A DNA stretch of 64,000 nucleotides from Waterburya sp. (GTDB taxonomy: Bacteria; Cyanobacteriota; Cyanobacteriia; Cyanobacteriales; Xenococcaceae): positions 4,384,001 through 4,448,000 of the forward strand of contig CBDCJV010000002.1 of NCBI GenBank assembly GCA_965217895.1, in the 5' to 3' direction. The notes beneath the pieces were generated by a model. It saw only the letters and a list, made by a program, of their open reading frames with translations, had not been told where the DNA came from and did not search any database. Below, in pieces: positions 42,376 through 54,512 of this stretch (within the stretch, counting starts at the first letter, position 1; each line of letters starts with the position of its first letter). Both the position numbers and the translations under genes were made by a program.

Positions 42376-42960
42376 TTACTGTCCCAAAACAGTAACCTCA
42401 ACTGGAGCAACACCAGAACCAATCATATCTAAAGATTGCGCTGCTGCTGCCGATAGATCGATCACTCTACCTTCAGCATAAGGACCGCGATCGTTTATGG
42501 TTACAACTACAGAGCGGTCATTGTTTAGGTTGGTCACTTTAACTCTAGTACCAAAGGCAAGAGTTGGATGGGCTGCTGTCAAAGCATTTTGATCGTATGT
42601 TTCTCCATTTGCGGTCATATTACCATCAAACCCTGGTCCGTACCACGAAGCATTACCGCTAAAGGCGTTAGCAATTATAGTTGACTTAGGTGCGACTGCA
42701 TCTTTCTTTAGCGCAGAAGCTTGAGGATATCCAGATTGTATATTAGCTGCCATGTTTGTTTTTGAAAAACTACTGGCATTAGCAAAATTAAATTTTACTC
42801 GCTTATTTTTGGCAGTTGTTACTGTAGGTAGTTTACGTCGCACTGTTGGTGTATGTAGTTCAGATTTGGCTACTGTAGGAAACAAGACAATCATTGTTGA
42901 GGCTGTTGCCAAGGTTATGGTGGAAGAAAGCTTGTAAAATATTTGTCGGTTTAAAATCAT
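42376..42960 (-). CDS. rlpA: RlpA-family lytic transglycosylase
   Basis: ASWYGPGF, TAAHPTL, INDRGP. Confidence 0.9.
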   Translation of the reverse strand: MILNRQIFYKLSSTITLATASTMIVLFPTVAKSELHTPTVRRKLPTVTTAKNKRVKFNFANASSFSKTNMAANIQSGYPQASALKKDAVAPKSTIIANAFSGNASWYGPGFDGNMTANGETYDQNALTAAHPTLAFGTRVKVTNLNNDRSVVVTINDRGPYAEGRVIDLSAAAAQSLDMIGSGVAPVEVTVLGQ

Positions 42961-43188
42961 TGTGATTCAGCTAGATAGAGTTTAGATGTTCAATGTAAAA
43001 ACTCGGCAGTATAGAAAGTTTTGATTTAGAGAGATTAGATTTAAAACAAACTTGAGTATTCTATAAGCAAATAAGTTAAAGACTCGGTAAAATAGGACTC
43101 ATATTTACGTTTGATTCAAACATACTGGTGATATAGTTGTTGTCGTTAGACTATCAGCAGATTATGCGATCGCGGTTAAGATCAAATT

Positions 43189-43262
43189 GAGCTAGGAAGC
43201 CCGCGTCGCCGTTAGGCGCAAGGGCAACAGATGCGGCTAAAGCCTTTCTTGCTTGAGTTCAT
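43189..43262. repeat. Small GC-rich dispersed repeat
   Basis: Shares CCGCGTCG.CGT.AG.CGCAAG with 57448-57469 and TGCGGCTAAAGCCTT with 48735 and 57473. Confidence 0.65.
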
Positions 43263-43310
43263 ATTGTTCATCCTAAACCTAAAGCTACTTTTATCTAGAC
43301 AATAATACTT

Positions 43311-44330
43311 ATGGATTATAAAGACGCTGGCGTTGATGTAGAAGCAGGACGCTCTTTTGTCTCGCAAATTCGTCAAGATGTTGCCAGCACAAATCGACCA
43401 GAAGTTCTAGGAGGACTGGGGGGGTTTGGCGGTTGTTTCCAGATGCCGTCGAACTATCAAGAGCCTGTATTAGTATCTGGTACAGATGGAGTTGGCACTA
43501 AACTAAAAATTGCTCAAGAACTTAAACGCCACGATACTATAGGCATTGATTTAGTTGCAATGTGCGTCAACGATATTTTGACTTCTGGTGCAGAACCTTT
43601 ATTTTTCTTAGATTATTTAGCTACAGGCAAACTAAACTCACAACAGTTAGCAGATGTGGTTAAAGGAATTGCCCAGGGATGCCGTCTTAGCGGTTGCGCT
43701 CTTTTGGGGGGTGAAACTGCGGAAATGCCAGGATTCTATCAGCTAGGGGAATATGACTTAGCAGGTTTTTGTGTGGGAGTAGTCGAAAAAAGCCAGCTTT
43801 TGAATGGCTCACGGGTGCAGGTGGGAGACGTTGCCATTGGGCTAGCTAGTACAGGAGTTCATAGCAATGGCTTTAGTTTAGTTCGCAAAATTATTGATAC
43901 GGGCGGTTATTCTTGGTCAGATACTCCAGACGCACTAGGCGGAAAAAGTTTGGGCGCAGAATTAATTACTCCTACCCAAATTTACGTTAAGCCGATTTTA
44001 GAGTTTCTCGCTACAGGCAGAGTTCACGCCATGGCGCACATTACTGGTGGTGGTTTGCCAGAGAATTTACCCCGTTGTTTGAATAAAGATCAATCGATAG
44101 AGGTTAAGCTTGATAGCTGGAAAATTCCGCCAATTTTTAACTGGTTAGCGATCGCGGGTGAAGTAGAACCAGAGGCAATGTTCAATACTTTTAATATGGG
44201 TATTGGTTTTGTAATTGTTGTACCTCCTACTCAAGCTCAGTCTAGTCTCGATTGGTTTGAGTCTCAAAATATTGCCGCATTTGAGATTGGTAAGGTAATT
44301 TCTGGTGATAATAATTTATCGTTTATTTAA
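43311..44330 (+). CDS. purM: Phosphoribosylformylglycinamidine cyclo-ligase
   Basis: [29 protein letters not shown]. Confidence 0.97.
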   Translation: MDYKDAGVDVEAGRSFVSQIRQDVASTNRPEVLGGLGGFGGCFQMPSNYQEPVLVSGTDGVGTKLKIAQELKRHDTIGIDLVAMCVNDILTSGAEPLFFLDYLATGKLNSQQLADVVKGIAQGCRLSGCALLGGETAEMPGFYQLGEYDLAGFCVGVVEKSQLLNGSRVQVGDVAIGLASTGVHSNGFSLVRKIIDTGGYSWSDTPDALGGKSLGAELITPTQIYVKPILEFLATGRVHAMAHITGGGLPENLPRCLNKDQSIEVKLDSWKIPPIFNWLAIAGEVEPEAMFNTFNMGIGFVIVVPPTQAQSSLDWFESQNIAAFEIGKVISGDNNLSFI

Positions 44331-44381
44331 ATTATCCATAAACTAATACTTTTGATTTGCGCGAGAAGTCTAATTAACTAA

Positions 44382-44684
44382 TCAAGTCCAATCTTGTTCT
44401 TCTCCAGTTGCAGTACGCCTATATACCATTCCTCCCGCGTGAATCATACGGGTTTTAGCATATAGTTCCTCTTCGGTTAGCTTCCAGTTGTCTAAAGCTA
44501 CCTGCAAATCTCTTTGGATATCTCGCGCCCCAGGAAAGTTGCGATAGCGAATAATCAATCGTGCTAATTCGACTAATTCACGCTCATTAGGATCTGACTG
44601 CGTTTTTAGTAAATGGTCTACGGTGAGGCGATCTTTTTTATTCTGAGGATGATTTTGATCTACATTACCGTTAGCCATTGTCAA
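44382..44684 (-). CDS. DUF3288-family protein
   Basis: ELARLIIRYRNFPGARDIQRDL. Confidence 0.8.
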   Translation of the reverse strand: MTMANGNVDQNHPQNKKDRLTVDHLLKTQSDPNERELVELARLIIRYRNFPGARDIQRDLQVALDNWKLTEEELYAKTRMIHAGGMVYRRTATGEEQDWT

Positions 44685-44697
44685 GGTTAAAAATCGC

Positions 44698-44985
44698 TTA
44701 TTTTTTACGTTTATCCTTCATCAAAAGAGGCAGAGGTTGAGGAGATGAACTAGGCGGTAAAAGATATCTAGCTGGCTCATTGGCGATCACCTTGGGTTTT
44801 TTCTCTATTTGTCGCCAGCGCATAATAATACCTAATAAAGCTATCAATAAACCTACAGACAATAAACTCCCCCGTCCGCCTAATCCTCCCACTAGGGCAT
44901 CAGTTGTTCCTAGAATCAGGATAAAGCCAGAGACGGGTTCTCGACGATATACCGTCCTCAAAAATCTTGCGAATAAAGGATTCAC
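44698..44985 (-). CDS. Small membrane protein
   Basis: YRREPVSGF, 2 TM segments, YLLPP...PLPLL. Confidence 0.7.
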   Translation of the reverse strand: MNPLFARFLRTVYRREPVSGFILILGTTDALVGGLGGRGSLLSVGLLIALLGIIMRWRQIEKKPKVIANEPARYLLPPSSSPQPLPLLMKDKRKK

Positions 44986-45121
44986 TATCTTAAACTGCTA
45001 TGAATAAAACTATAAAATTATAGTGCCTAACAAGTTATCTCATAAATTAGCACAATTGTCAGATCATTATCATCTTTCTTTGATTTGCCTGGCTGTATTA
45101 ATCTTATTTTAGTAGAAATAT

Positions 45122-45643
45122 ATGAAGATAATTAATTGTCAGTTTCCTCGCCACGGAAAAACTATTCAGCAGATATTTAATGATGCGATCGCCAATTCTA
45201 CCGCTCTTTATGACTATCAGCCTAGAAGCCTAAACACAATTCAAAACTGGCTAGAAGCAAAAGCAGAGAAATCCTATCCCGTTATCGGCATTGAAGATAG
45301 TCATGGCTCTTTAATGGGATTTGCCACCTATGGAGCATTTCGCGCTTGGGATGCTTATCAATACTCTGTTGAGCATTCAGTTTATGTAGATTCTGCCCAT
45401 AGAGGCAAAGGTGTGGGCAAAAAGCTATTGACAGAGCTTATTCAGGTTGCTCAACAGCAAAATTATCATACGCTGATTGGGGGAATCGACGGACAAAATA
45501 GCGTGAGTATTAGGCTGCATAAGTCTCTGGGCTTTGTTCCCTGTGGCAGTATTAAACAGGTAGGGTTTAAATTCAATCGATGGTTAGACTTGGAGTTTTA
45601 TCAGCTAATTCTATCCACTCCAGAACAGCCGACGGAGAAATAA
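45122..45643 (+). CDS. GNAT acetyltransferase (phosphinothricin/YncA type)
   Basis: VEHSVYV, RGKGVGKKLL, GFKFNRWLD. Confidence 0.9.
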   Translation: MKIINCQFPRHGKTIQQIFNDAIANSTALYDYQPRSLNTIQNWLEAKAEKSYPVIGIEDSHGSLMGFATYGAFRAWDAYQYSVEHSVYVDSAHRGKGVGKKLLTELIQVAQQQNYHTLIGGIDGQNSVSIRLHKSLGFVPCGSIKQVGFKFNRWLDLEFYQLILSTPEQPTEK

Positions 45644-45764
45644 GGCAACTTATCATATACCAGCTAAAAAATCTAGCTTCAGCTAGATGTGTCGCTTTGC
45701 CGACTTATATTTAATGTATTTGATAAATTATAAAATTGTAGATAATTGAATTCTAATAAATCCT

Positions 45765-46652
45765 ATGTTTAGAGGTAATCAAATCAAAACCGCAGCTTTA
45801 TTAGGGCTATTAAGCGGAATCCTAGTCTTGGGTGGTTATTGGGCAACGGGTACTGAACAGGGAGCATTAATTGGTTTAATTTTTGCTGCTGTTGGTAGTT
45901 TTGGCTCTTGGTTTTATTCAGATAAAGCTGCCTTGGCTGCCTACAAAGCCCAGCCTATTACCCGCGAACAAGCACCAGAGCTTTACGATCTGGTAAAAAA
46001 ATTGACTCAAAAAGCAGGTTTACCTATGCCAAAACTCTGCGTTGTGCCTACCCAAACTCCTAATGCTTTTGCTACTGGTAGAAATCCCGAACACGCAGCC
46101 GTTGCAGTAACCGAAGGGATTATGCAAATACTCGACAAAGACGAGCTTGCAGGCGTAATTGCCCATGAATTAACTCATATCAAAAACCGCGATACTTTAA
46201 CTCAGGCTGTAGCTGGAACATTAGGCGGTGCGGTGACGTTTCTCGGCAGAATGCTGACTTTTGGGGCAATGTACGGCTCGGTTAATCGAGATAATCGTCA
46301 GGGTGGTAATCCTTTTGGCGTATTGATTTTGGCAATCCTCGCACCTATTTCTGCATCTTTGATTCAGATGGCAATCTCTCGTACCCGTGAGTTTTCTGCC
46401 GATCGCGGTTCAGCCGAAATTACAGGTAATCCCTTGGCATTGGCGAGTGCCTTAAAAAAATTAGAGTCCGTTGGTAAGCAAGTGCCGATGAATGGTAATC
46501 CTGCTTTTGAACCAGTTCTAATCATGAATCCTTTTTCTGGTGGCGGTTTACAGTCTCTATTTCGCACTCATCCGCCAACAGAAGAGCGTGTACGTCAACT
46601 ACAACAAATAGCTAGAAATCAACAAAACAATCCTACTTTTGCTGCTAATTAA
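45765..46652 (+). CDS. htpX: HtpX (M48) zinc protease
   Basis: PNAFATG, HELTH, REFSAD, THPP. Confidence 0.92.
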   Translation: MFRGNQIKTAALLGLLSGILVLGGYWATGTEQGALIGLIFAAVGSFGSWFYSDKAALAAYKAQPITREQAPELYDLVKKLTQKAGLPMPKLCVVPTQTPNAFATGRNPEHAAVAVTEGIMQILDKDELAGVIAHELTHIKNRDTLTQAVAGTLGGAVTFLGRMLTFGAMYGSVNRDNRQGGNPFGVLILAILAPISASLIQMAISRTREFSADRGSAEITGNPLALASALKKLESVGKQVPMNGNPAFEPVLIMNPFSGGGLQSLFRTHPPTEERVRQLQQIARNQQNNPTFAAN

Positions 46653-46656
46653 TTAT

Positions 46657-46977
46657 ATGAAATCAAAACTTATCTCCCTAATAATGCTCGTCTGTATGTT
46701 TATGGCGATTGCGCAACTAGCCATAGGCATCGCTTTTACTCCTCTTAACTCAGCATTGGCAGATACTAACGATGCCTCTGCCAAAAAAGCTGCTCAAGAA
46801 GTTACCAAAGATACAGGTGCTAAAGAACAGTTCGGCAAATCAGAAAATGGCGATCGGCTTTTAGATGATGCTCAAGCTAAAGCAAACAAAAATCTAAATA
46901 ATCTGGCAGATAAAGCAAATTCTGACGAAGATCTCCCCGATAGCCAAAAACTATTTCTTAAAAATTTGCAGAAGTGA
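46657..46977 (+). CDS. Small secreted hypothetical protein
   Basis: Signal peptide ending ALA, followed by a hydrophilic helical region. Confidence 0.7.
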   Translation: MKSKLISLIMLVCMFMAIAQLAIGIAFTPLNSALADTNDASAKKAAQEVTKDTGAKEQFGKSENGDRLLDDAQAKANKNLNNLADKANSDEDLPDSQKLFLKNLQK

Positions 46978-47234
46978 TTTTGCCATATTTTTGGAAAAAT
47001 CATGCGGCAGCTTTTGTCTGACTCAAGCCTGTTTCTGCCGAGAGTATTTCGGAAATGAGGGCTACTTTAGGCTTATTCTTTCTCGGATTGGGAATAGCCT
47101 GTTTGTGGTTGCAGTCTGCGATCGCCTTCTTAATGCGCGTACGTGCGGGCAAGCCAGGGCAAACGCATACTCGAAAATTAAGAGATACTGACAAGTACTG
47201 TTAAACTAGATAGCTATAGTTTATTACCGATAGA

Positions 47235-47930
47235 ATGGTTTTAAATCGCCAAGCTCTAGAATCAAAACTCCTACAGCAACTGTTGGCACATCCCGAACTA
47301 GATCTGGTAATTTGGAGCGATGAGGAGTTGTTGGCATCTATCAAAGCAACCTTACAACAAAAGTCTACTGACGAATTGTGGATTTTTGCCTATGGTTCGT
47401 TGATCTGGAATCCTTTATTCGATTACTTAGAAAAGCGTGTAGTCAGCATTGAAGGTTGGCAAAGACAATTTTGTCTTGTAGCACCTGTTGGTAGAGGCAC
47501 AATCGCCAATCCTGGTTTAGTCTTGGGTTTAGAACCAGGAAACAGTTGCCAGGGAATTGCCTACCGTCTAGCTGTTGACGATAATTTAGAATCGGAATTA
47601 CTGCTACTGTGGCGCAGAGAAATGGTTATTGGTTCTTATGTACCAACTTGGATTACTGCCACAAATGGCGATCGCTCTTTAAGTATTCTACGCGATCGCC
47701 AAATAGAAGTATTAGCTTTTACGGTTAATACCGAGCATTCAGCTTATGTAAAAAATTTATCTACCCAAAAAATTGTCGAATCTTTAGCTACCGCTACAGG
47801 AGCGTTGGGTTCATCGGCGGATTATTTAAGTTCTACAGTCCAAAGTTTGATAAAAGCAGGTATTAAAGAACATAAGTTAATTGAGCTAGATCGCTTAGTC
47901 AAAAAAAGACAACAGCAACTCAAATCTTAG
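47235..47930 (+). CDS. chaC: ChaC-family gamma-glutamylcyclotransferase
   Basis: WIFAYGSLIWNP, RGT..PGLVL, LWRREM. Confidence 0.88.
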   Translation: MVLNRQALESKLLQQLLAHPELDLVIWSDEELLASIKATLQQKSTDELWIFAYGSLIWNPLFDYLEKRVVSIEGWQRQFCLVAPVGRGTIANPGLVLGLEPGNSCQGIAYRLAVDDNLESELLLLWRREMVIGSYVPTWITATNGDRSLSILRDRQIEVLAFTVNTEHSAYVKNLSTQKIVESLATATGALGSSADYLSSTVQSLIKAGIKEHKLIELDRLVKKRQQQLKS

Positions 47931-48175
47931 TAATTATTTATAGCTTTCAGCTTTTGCCTGATACTCATGCTAGACAAAGTTGTGTTGCTACAGGGTAAAG
48001 GTGTAGCAGTAGAATTAAAGGTATTTCTACAAAACGGCTGTAGCTAACTGGGTGTAGAACCTTTCATAAAGATCGCACCGCTAGTCTAATTTTGTACGGC
48101 TATATTTACCAGTAAAGAACTAAGCTAAGTAATAAGACTTATTAGATTTTTAGCATTGATACACACGGTTCAAAT

Positions 48176-48673
48176 ATGTCCGATCCTAACTTAGAAAAAT
48201 TATTGCATCGTTTACATAATAATCTTGCCGAAGATAAACTGATTCAAACAATAACTAGCGATCTCAGAAAGAAACTTGGGGTAGATCGCGTAGCTCTCTA
48301 TTACTTTTATCGTCAGTGGTCAGGAAGGGTGACGTTTGAATCATTGAGTTCTGGTATTTATTCAATTTTAGGCTCAACTGGACCAGATGATTGTTTTAAT
48401 CAAGAATATGCCGATTTGTATCAGGGCGGAAGAGTAAGTGCGATCGCTAATATCGAAACTGCCAATATTGCCGAATGTCATCGAGATTTTTTAAAAGAAA
48501 TTCAGGTAAAGGCTAATTTGGTAGCACCAATTTTAATTCCTTCAGGACTTTGGGGCTTGCTAGTTGCTCATCACTGTCAAAGTACTTTTTATTGGTCTGC
48601 AGAAGATATTCAGGCGATGCAAACAGGAGCAAGTAACCTTGCTGAAGCTCAAGCAATTCGTAACCACAAATAA
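48176..48673 (+). CDS. Stand-alone GAF domain, cyanobacteriochrome-like (DXCF)
   Basis: DRVALY, DDCF, ECHRDFL, VKANLVAPI, LWGLLVAHHC; no output domain. Confidence 0.8.
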   Translation: MSDPNLEKLLHRLHNNLAEDKLIQTITSDLRKKLGVDRVALYYFYRQWSGRVTFESLSSGIYSILGSTGPDDCFNQEYADLYQGGRVSAIANIETANIAECHRDFLKEIQVKANLVAPILIPSGLWGLLVAHHCQSTFYWSAEDIQAMQTGASNLAEAQAIRNHK

Positions 48674-48707
48674 TGTAGCAGGGTTTATTAGCTTTACTCA
48701 GCAAAAA

Positions 48708-48785
48708 GCGATGCAGCGCGTTGGGCGGGTCAGTTGCGGCTAAAGCCTTACTCGACTTGAAGCGACTGTATCAAGAAGCGATCGC
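48708..48785 (+). repeat. HIP1-associated small dispersed repeat with a nested module
   Basis: AAGCGAT at both ends, finishing in GCGATCGC; GATGCAGCGC/GCGACTGTATC stem. Confidence 0.7.
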
Positions 48786-48851
48786 TTCAACCCAGCTTGG
48801 GTCAATTGCGATCGTCTTCTAATTAGTCTAGTTTAGTTCCAGGTTAAATAC

Positions 48852-51350
48852 CTAAAAACCAACGCCGTTAGCATCAATACCAACTAACTGATCCAATTGA
48901 CTTTCTGATAGAGCATCGCCACCAAGATTATCATACTGCTGAATCAAAGCAGAAGCAAAAGGCGCATTGTAGCTTGTTCCAACTTCATTGGTGATCGCAT
49001 CATCACGGCGGTCATTGTGAGAATAATCATCCGCATAACGAGGACCACCAACTATTGCACCATAAAGAATATGTTCGGCTGGTGTTGTAGGTTGAGCGCC
49101 TATGTTAGGAGAAGAACCTCGATGGTGAGGACGCTGAGGATAATTATCCCCAAAGCCAATCATATAGCTATAGTTAAGAGGATTATCACCTAAAATATAG
49201 TCCACTTGATTATGAGCAAAGTTGCTGTAGCGAGAATCTTGTTTAACAGTATCATTATAAAGCTGTGCAAAAAACGCAGCCGAACTAGTTACAGGAATCG
49301 AACCCCATTCAGCACGATGAGCAAAACCACCCGCCGTATATTGAATATTAGCGTTGCCATTGACCCAGTTATTTAACCAGCCTTCTACCTGACCTTTAAA
49401 GAAAGGATCTTTACTTTCTTGAGCCAAAATAACCGCAGCATCATAAGAATGCTCATCTGCTGCTGAAGACCAGTCTCCTAAACCACCAACTTTAGTTTTG
49501 AAGTAGTCTTCAGCTTTATTTAGGTAAGACTGTTCTTTTGTAGCTTTGTATAACCAAGCAGCACCAGAAGCTAACTCATCTCCAAAACCACCCCAGCTAG
49601 TATAGAAAGGATTAGCAGCAGCTACTGAATCAGAATATTTGCCCTGATAAGTTTCGGCAAACTCATATAGCTGTTTAGCGTTGGTGAGTAATTTATCGGC
49701 ATAGGCATTATCTACTCCACGAAACAGCATCGAAGCTGATGCTAAAGCACTAGAAGTCAAGGCAGCCACATCAGTTCCAGGATGGGTAGGATCGATAGCA
49801 AAGGCATTACGGGTAGTGTGTTGTTCTACCGTCTCTGGCGCACCCCAATAGCCATGATCGTTAGCAACACCGCCTTCTCCAACTTGAACCCAGAGTTTGG
49901 CAGTTTTACCACCACTAGTTTCATGAGCCTTGAGGAAATAATCTGTTCCCCATTTAACAGCGTCTAAGAGTTCGTCAAACTGTCCTGACTGCTTGTAAGC
50001 ATCGGTATACTCCACACCACCCCAAGCCAGCATATTAATCGAGGCTGCCATGGGTTGACCAAATTTGACGTGATCTCCTGCATCAAAGTAACCGCCTTCT
50101 AGGTCGCGACCAACGGTACTACCGTCATGAACTGTAGCATCACCACGCCATTCGATGCGGTTGTCAGGTCCCAAGTCTCCAGAGCGATTGGCTTCTAAGA
50201 AGAGGAAGTTTTTTTGTAGGGCTTCACCGTAGGCGAATTTACCTTTTTGTCCTACAGATTTACCTGGCTCATTGGGAATATTAACCGGAGTACTAGGAGT
50301 TGTTGGTTTTGGAGTAGAGATTGGGTCTGGAGTAGATATTGGATCGACTAGATTGCTATCAAATTGAGGAGTTAATGCTTGTTGCCCATTGTCGTCAACG
50401 ATGAAGATTGGTTTGATAGATTGTCCTGTTTTGAGGCTTACTTGGTCGTTTTGACCGCTAATAGTATACGTGCCATCGCCATTGTTAACCATGTCTACGC
50501 CATAAGCAGCAGATATAGTGTAGGGAAGTTTGAAATCTAGCTTCCAATCCTTAGCATTGGATTCAGCTTTTAAACCTAACTCTAATTTGTAGCCACCATC
50601 CCAATCTTCAACAATAGTAGGAGAAACACCAAGCTTTTTAGCTGGCTCTTCGGGGGTAATTGGGCTGGGTGTTGTTGGCTTTTCGGGCATCATCGCGCTA
50701 GAATTTACAATCTGGGGAACTAACGCTTCTTTTCCTTGATCGTCAATAATGAAAATAGGCTTGATAGATTGTCCTTTGGTTAAATTTACCTGGTCGTTTT
50801 GACCGCTAATAGTATACGTGCCATCGCCATTGTTAACCATGTCTACGCCATAAGCAGCAGATATAGTGTAGGGAAGTTTAAAATCTAGCTTCCAATCCTT
50901 AGCATTGGATTCAGCTTTTAAACCTAACTCTAATTTGTAGCCACCATCCCAATCTTCTGTTATTTGACCATCAACATTTAAAGCAGCAGTAGATTTACTA
51001 GGAGTATCTGGATTGCTCGCACCATTGTCAAAAATAAATTCGGTTTTAATGGGGTCAGAGTTGCTTTTGTTGCCTTCATCAATGATTAAAACAATTTCGG
51101 TCTTATTACCTTTACTCAAAGACTTATTCCAACTTGCACCTGAAATGTATGTGGTAGTTCCTTCTTGCTTTAATTCCGCACCATAAATTTGATCGATTTT
51201 ATAACCTTCAGGAAGGGCAATACCCAAGTTCCAATCTTTAGCCGAAACTAATGCCTCAAGATCTAGAACTACTCTATGGCTACCACCCCAATCATCTGTA
51301 ATTGTAGATTTAAGATTAAAAGTGTTTTGATTTACTAATTTTGTGTTCAT
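48852..51350 (-). CDS. GH9 endoglucanase with three N-terminal CBM2-like modules
   Basis: GGYFDAGDHVKF, RPHHRG, D..NEV catalytic motifs; three DWxGG..W repeats; P/T-rich linkers. Confidence 0.9.
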   Translation of the reverse strand: MNTKLVNQNTFNLKSTITDDWGGSHRVVLDLEALVSAKDWNLGIALPEGYKIDQIYGAELKQEGTTTYISGASWNKSLSKGNKTEIVLIIDEGNKSNSDPIKTEFIFDNGASNPDTPSKSTAALNVDGQITEDWDGGYKLELGLKAESNAKDWKLDFKLPYTISAAYGVDMVNNGDGTYTISGQNDQVNLTKGQSIKPIFIIDDQGKEALVPQIVNSSAMMPEKPTTPSPITPEEPAKKLGVSPTIVEDWDGGYKLELGLKAESNAKDWKLDFKLPYTISAAYGVDMVNNGDGTYTISGQNDQVSLKTGQSIKPIFIVDDNGQQALTPQFDSNLVDPISTPDPISTPKPTTPSTPVNIPNEPGKSVGQKGKFAYGEALQKNFLFLEANRSGDLGPDNRIEWRGDATVHDGSTVGRDLEGGYFDAGDHVKFGQPMAASINMLAWGGVEYTDAYKQSGQFDELLDAVKWGTDYFLKAHETSGGKTAKLWVQVGEGGVANDHGYWGAPETVEQHTTRNAFAIDPTHPGTDVAALTSSALASASMLFRGVDNAYADKLLTNAKQLYEFAETYQGKYSDSVAAANPFYTSWGGFGDELASGAAWLYKATKEQSYLNKAEDYFKTKVGGLGDWSSAADEHSYDAAVILAQESKDPFFKGQVEGWLNNWVNGNANIQYTAGGFAHRAEWGSIPVTSSAAFFAQLYNDTVKQDSRYSNFAHNQVDYILGDNPLNYSYMIGFGDNYPQRPHHRGSSPNIGAQPTTPAEHILYGAIVGGPRYADDYSHNDRRDDAITNEVGTSYNAPFASALIQQYDNLGGDALSESQLDQLVGIDANGVGF
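50443..50957. repeat. 167-bp direct repeat (50443-50609 and 50791-50957)
   Basis: One mismatch; offset 348 bp, in frame. Confidence 0.92.
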
Positions 51351-51525
51351 AGGAATTTTATAAAATTTTCAGTGTTGAAACTTAATTTGATAATTAATAT
51401 CTGGTAAAAGTATTGAAGATATCAATCTGAAATTGATAAAGAACTTTATTTATTCTTTATTTGCTTACAAAACAACTTTATCTCTGCTTAATATCAAATA
51501 CGAGTGAGATGAATACCTAAAGATA

Positions 51526-51541
51526 TGTGATTCTGCTCACA
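51526..51541. promoter_or_regulatory. CRP (SyCRP1)-type binding site upstream of the GH9 gene
   Basis: TGTGA-TTCTGC-TCACA is an exact TGTGA-N6-TCACA match. Confidence 0.6.
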
Positions 51542-51863
51542 AGTTTTTTTACTGACTAAGATTAGAATTAGAAGGGTATCTTACTTTTGCGCCACTAATC
51601 AGGAGAGCGATAACGCCTGTATTACCCAGTTGCTTAAAGCGGATCTGCGATCGCTAAATTAAAGATAAAAAGCTAGCCTAGAAGGTCAAAGTACGCATTC
51701 GAGGCAAAATCTTACAGATATTAATCAAGCAAGCCTCAATAGTTACGAGAGGAAAGTTTTCAGATGAATCGATAAAGTGATAATCTTAAAGATGGCAAAA
51801 TTTTACACTTTTTTTAAGATTTTACCTGCCATATAAAACAGCTAACCACCAAATAGATATTAG

Positions 51864-53321
<1,458 letters not shown>

Positions 53322-53334
53322 TCAGTAATTAGTC

Positions 53335-53361
53335 AGGGGCGAACAGCCGTTCGCCCTTACA
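53335..53361. repeat. REP-like palindrome between atpD and atpC
   Basis: GGGCGAAC-AGCC-GTTCGCCC hairpin followed by TTACA. Confidence 0.6.
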
Positions 53362-53467
53362 ATGAACAATAATCAGTGATCAGTAAACACAAGTTGACTT
53401 GCTAATGCTTAGTTGATTGTTAAACACTTTTGCTTTTATTGATTGCTGGTTAGTATTAACTAGATGC

Positions 53468-53494
53468 TGATAATTGATAATTGATAATTGATAA
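53468..53494. repeat. Heptamer tandem repeat (TGATAAT)n, STRR-like
   Basis: About 4 copies. Similar tracts occur at about 53908-53938 (AAGGGAT), 37430-37480 and 33590-33625. Confidence 0.8.
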
Positions 53495-53495
53495 A

Positions 53496-53906
53496 ATGGC
53501 GTTAACTGTAAAAGTAATTACTCCAGATAAAACAGTCTGGGACGATAGTGTAGACGAAATTATTCTACCAAGTACCACAGGACAATTAGGAATTCTTTCA
53601 GGTCACGCGCCTCTACTTACTGCATTAGAAGTTGGTGTAATGCGCGTTCGCCCTGGAAAAGAATGGAAATCCATTGCCCTGATGGGTGGATTTGCCGAAG
53701 TGGAAAATGATGAAATCAAAATCTTAGTTAACGGTGCAGAACTAGGAGATAACATTGATCGAGACACTGCTCGTTCTGAATATGAGCAGGCACAGTCTCG
53801 TTTTCAGCAGGTAGAAAATAGCGAAAATCGTCAGGAGAGAATTCAGGCTGAAAGCTCAATGCGAAAAGCTAGAGCGCGCCTTCAAGCTGCTGGGGGTGAA
53901 GTATAA
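53496..53906 (+). CDS. atpC: ATP synthase F1 epsilon subunit; start ATG 53496
   Basis: [11 protein letters not shown]...[11 protein letters not shown]...MGGFAEV. Confidence 0.97.
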   Translation: MALTVKVITPDKTVWDDSVDEIILPSTTGQLGILSGHAPLLTALEVGVMRVRPGKEWKSIALMGGFAEVENDEIKILVNGAELGDNIDRDTARSEYEQAQSRFQQVENSENRQERIQAESSMRKARARLQAAGGEV

Positions 53907-54020
53907 AAAGGGATAAGGGATAAGGGATAAAGGATAAAGTATGAGAAGTAAGGAACTACGCCAATGATATGTAGTTTCCTCTGTTCTTGCAATTCATAAT
54001 TTTGGAAAACGTGAAGATAG

Positions 54021-54055
54021 AAAAAGGGCAGAATCCAACTGTTGCTGCCCTTTTT
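54021..54055. terminator. Probable bidirectional intrinsic terminator
   Basis: AAAAAGGGCAG...CTGCCCTTTTT between convergent atpC and ycf65. Confidence 0.75.
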
Positions 54056-54130
54056 ATTTGATTTATTGAAGTAATTAGGATTCTAAATTCTGAGGGTTAA
54101 ATTTAGATTACTTGTCTATTTTAATAGTTT

Positions 54131-54439
54131 TTAATTAGTTCCAGTAAATTCAATGTGAGGGAACTTAGTCTGTGCTTGGGTCATAGGAGTAGTCTTGCCC
54201 CTTTCTGTCCAAAAGTTGATCACTTCGGTAGCTTGATTAAGAATTTCAATGCTTTCTGCTTCCTCAATCCAGTGTTTTGATTCTATTTCGTCTTTTAGCT
54301 GCTGCCAGGCATCGTTACGAGGCCAGAAATAATAAGCTGTTAAAGGGCTTGTGCCTTTGCCTACTATTTGGTCTACTGCGATCGCCACGTTCTTATCTAA
54401 CCACAAAACTTTTAATTTAAACCTTGTCTCTGACTCCAA
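54131..54439 (-). CDS. ycf65: 30S ribosomal protein PSRP-3/Ycf65
   Basis: [16 protein letters not shown]...[15 protein letters not shown]. Confidence 0.93.
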   Translation of the reverse strand: MESETRFKLKVLWLDKNVAIAVDQIVGKGTSPLTAYYFWPRNDAWQQLKDEIESKHWIEEAESIEILNQATEVINFWTERGKTTPMTQAQTKFPHIEFTGTN

Positions 54440-54512
54440 TTAAGCCTCCGAATAATTATATTAAAAAATACTTTACATATTTAGCCAATGATAATTATAC
54501 AAGATTGCGAAC

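Noticed and set aside
46991..47194. Two opposing ORFs of about 65 aa
   Set aside because: They span a repeat module and a HIP1 site and match no family I recognise; possibly a decayed remnant.
50443..50957. Near-identical repeat as a DGR template/variable repeat pair
   Set aside because: A single synonymous mismatch, both copies coding in frame, and no reverse transcriptase in the window.
53460..53945. Heptamer tracts as a CRISPR array
   Set aside because: STRR-type tandem repeats with no spacers and no cas genes.
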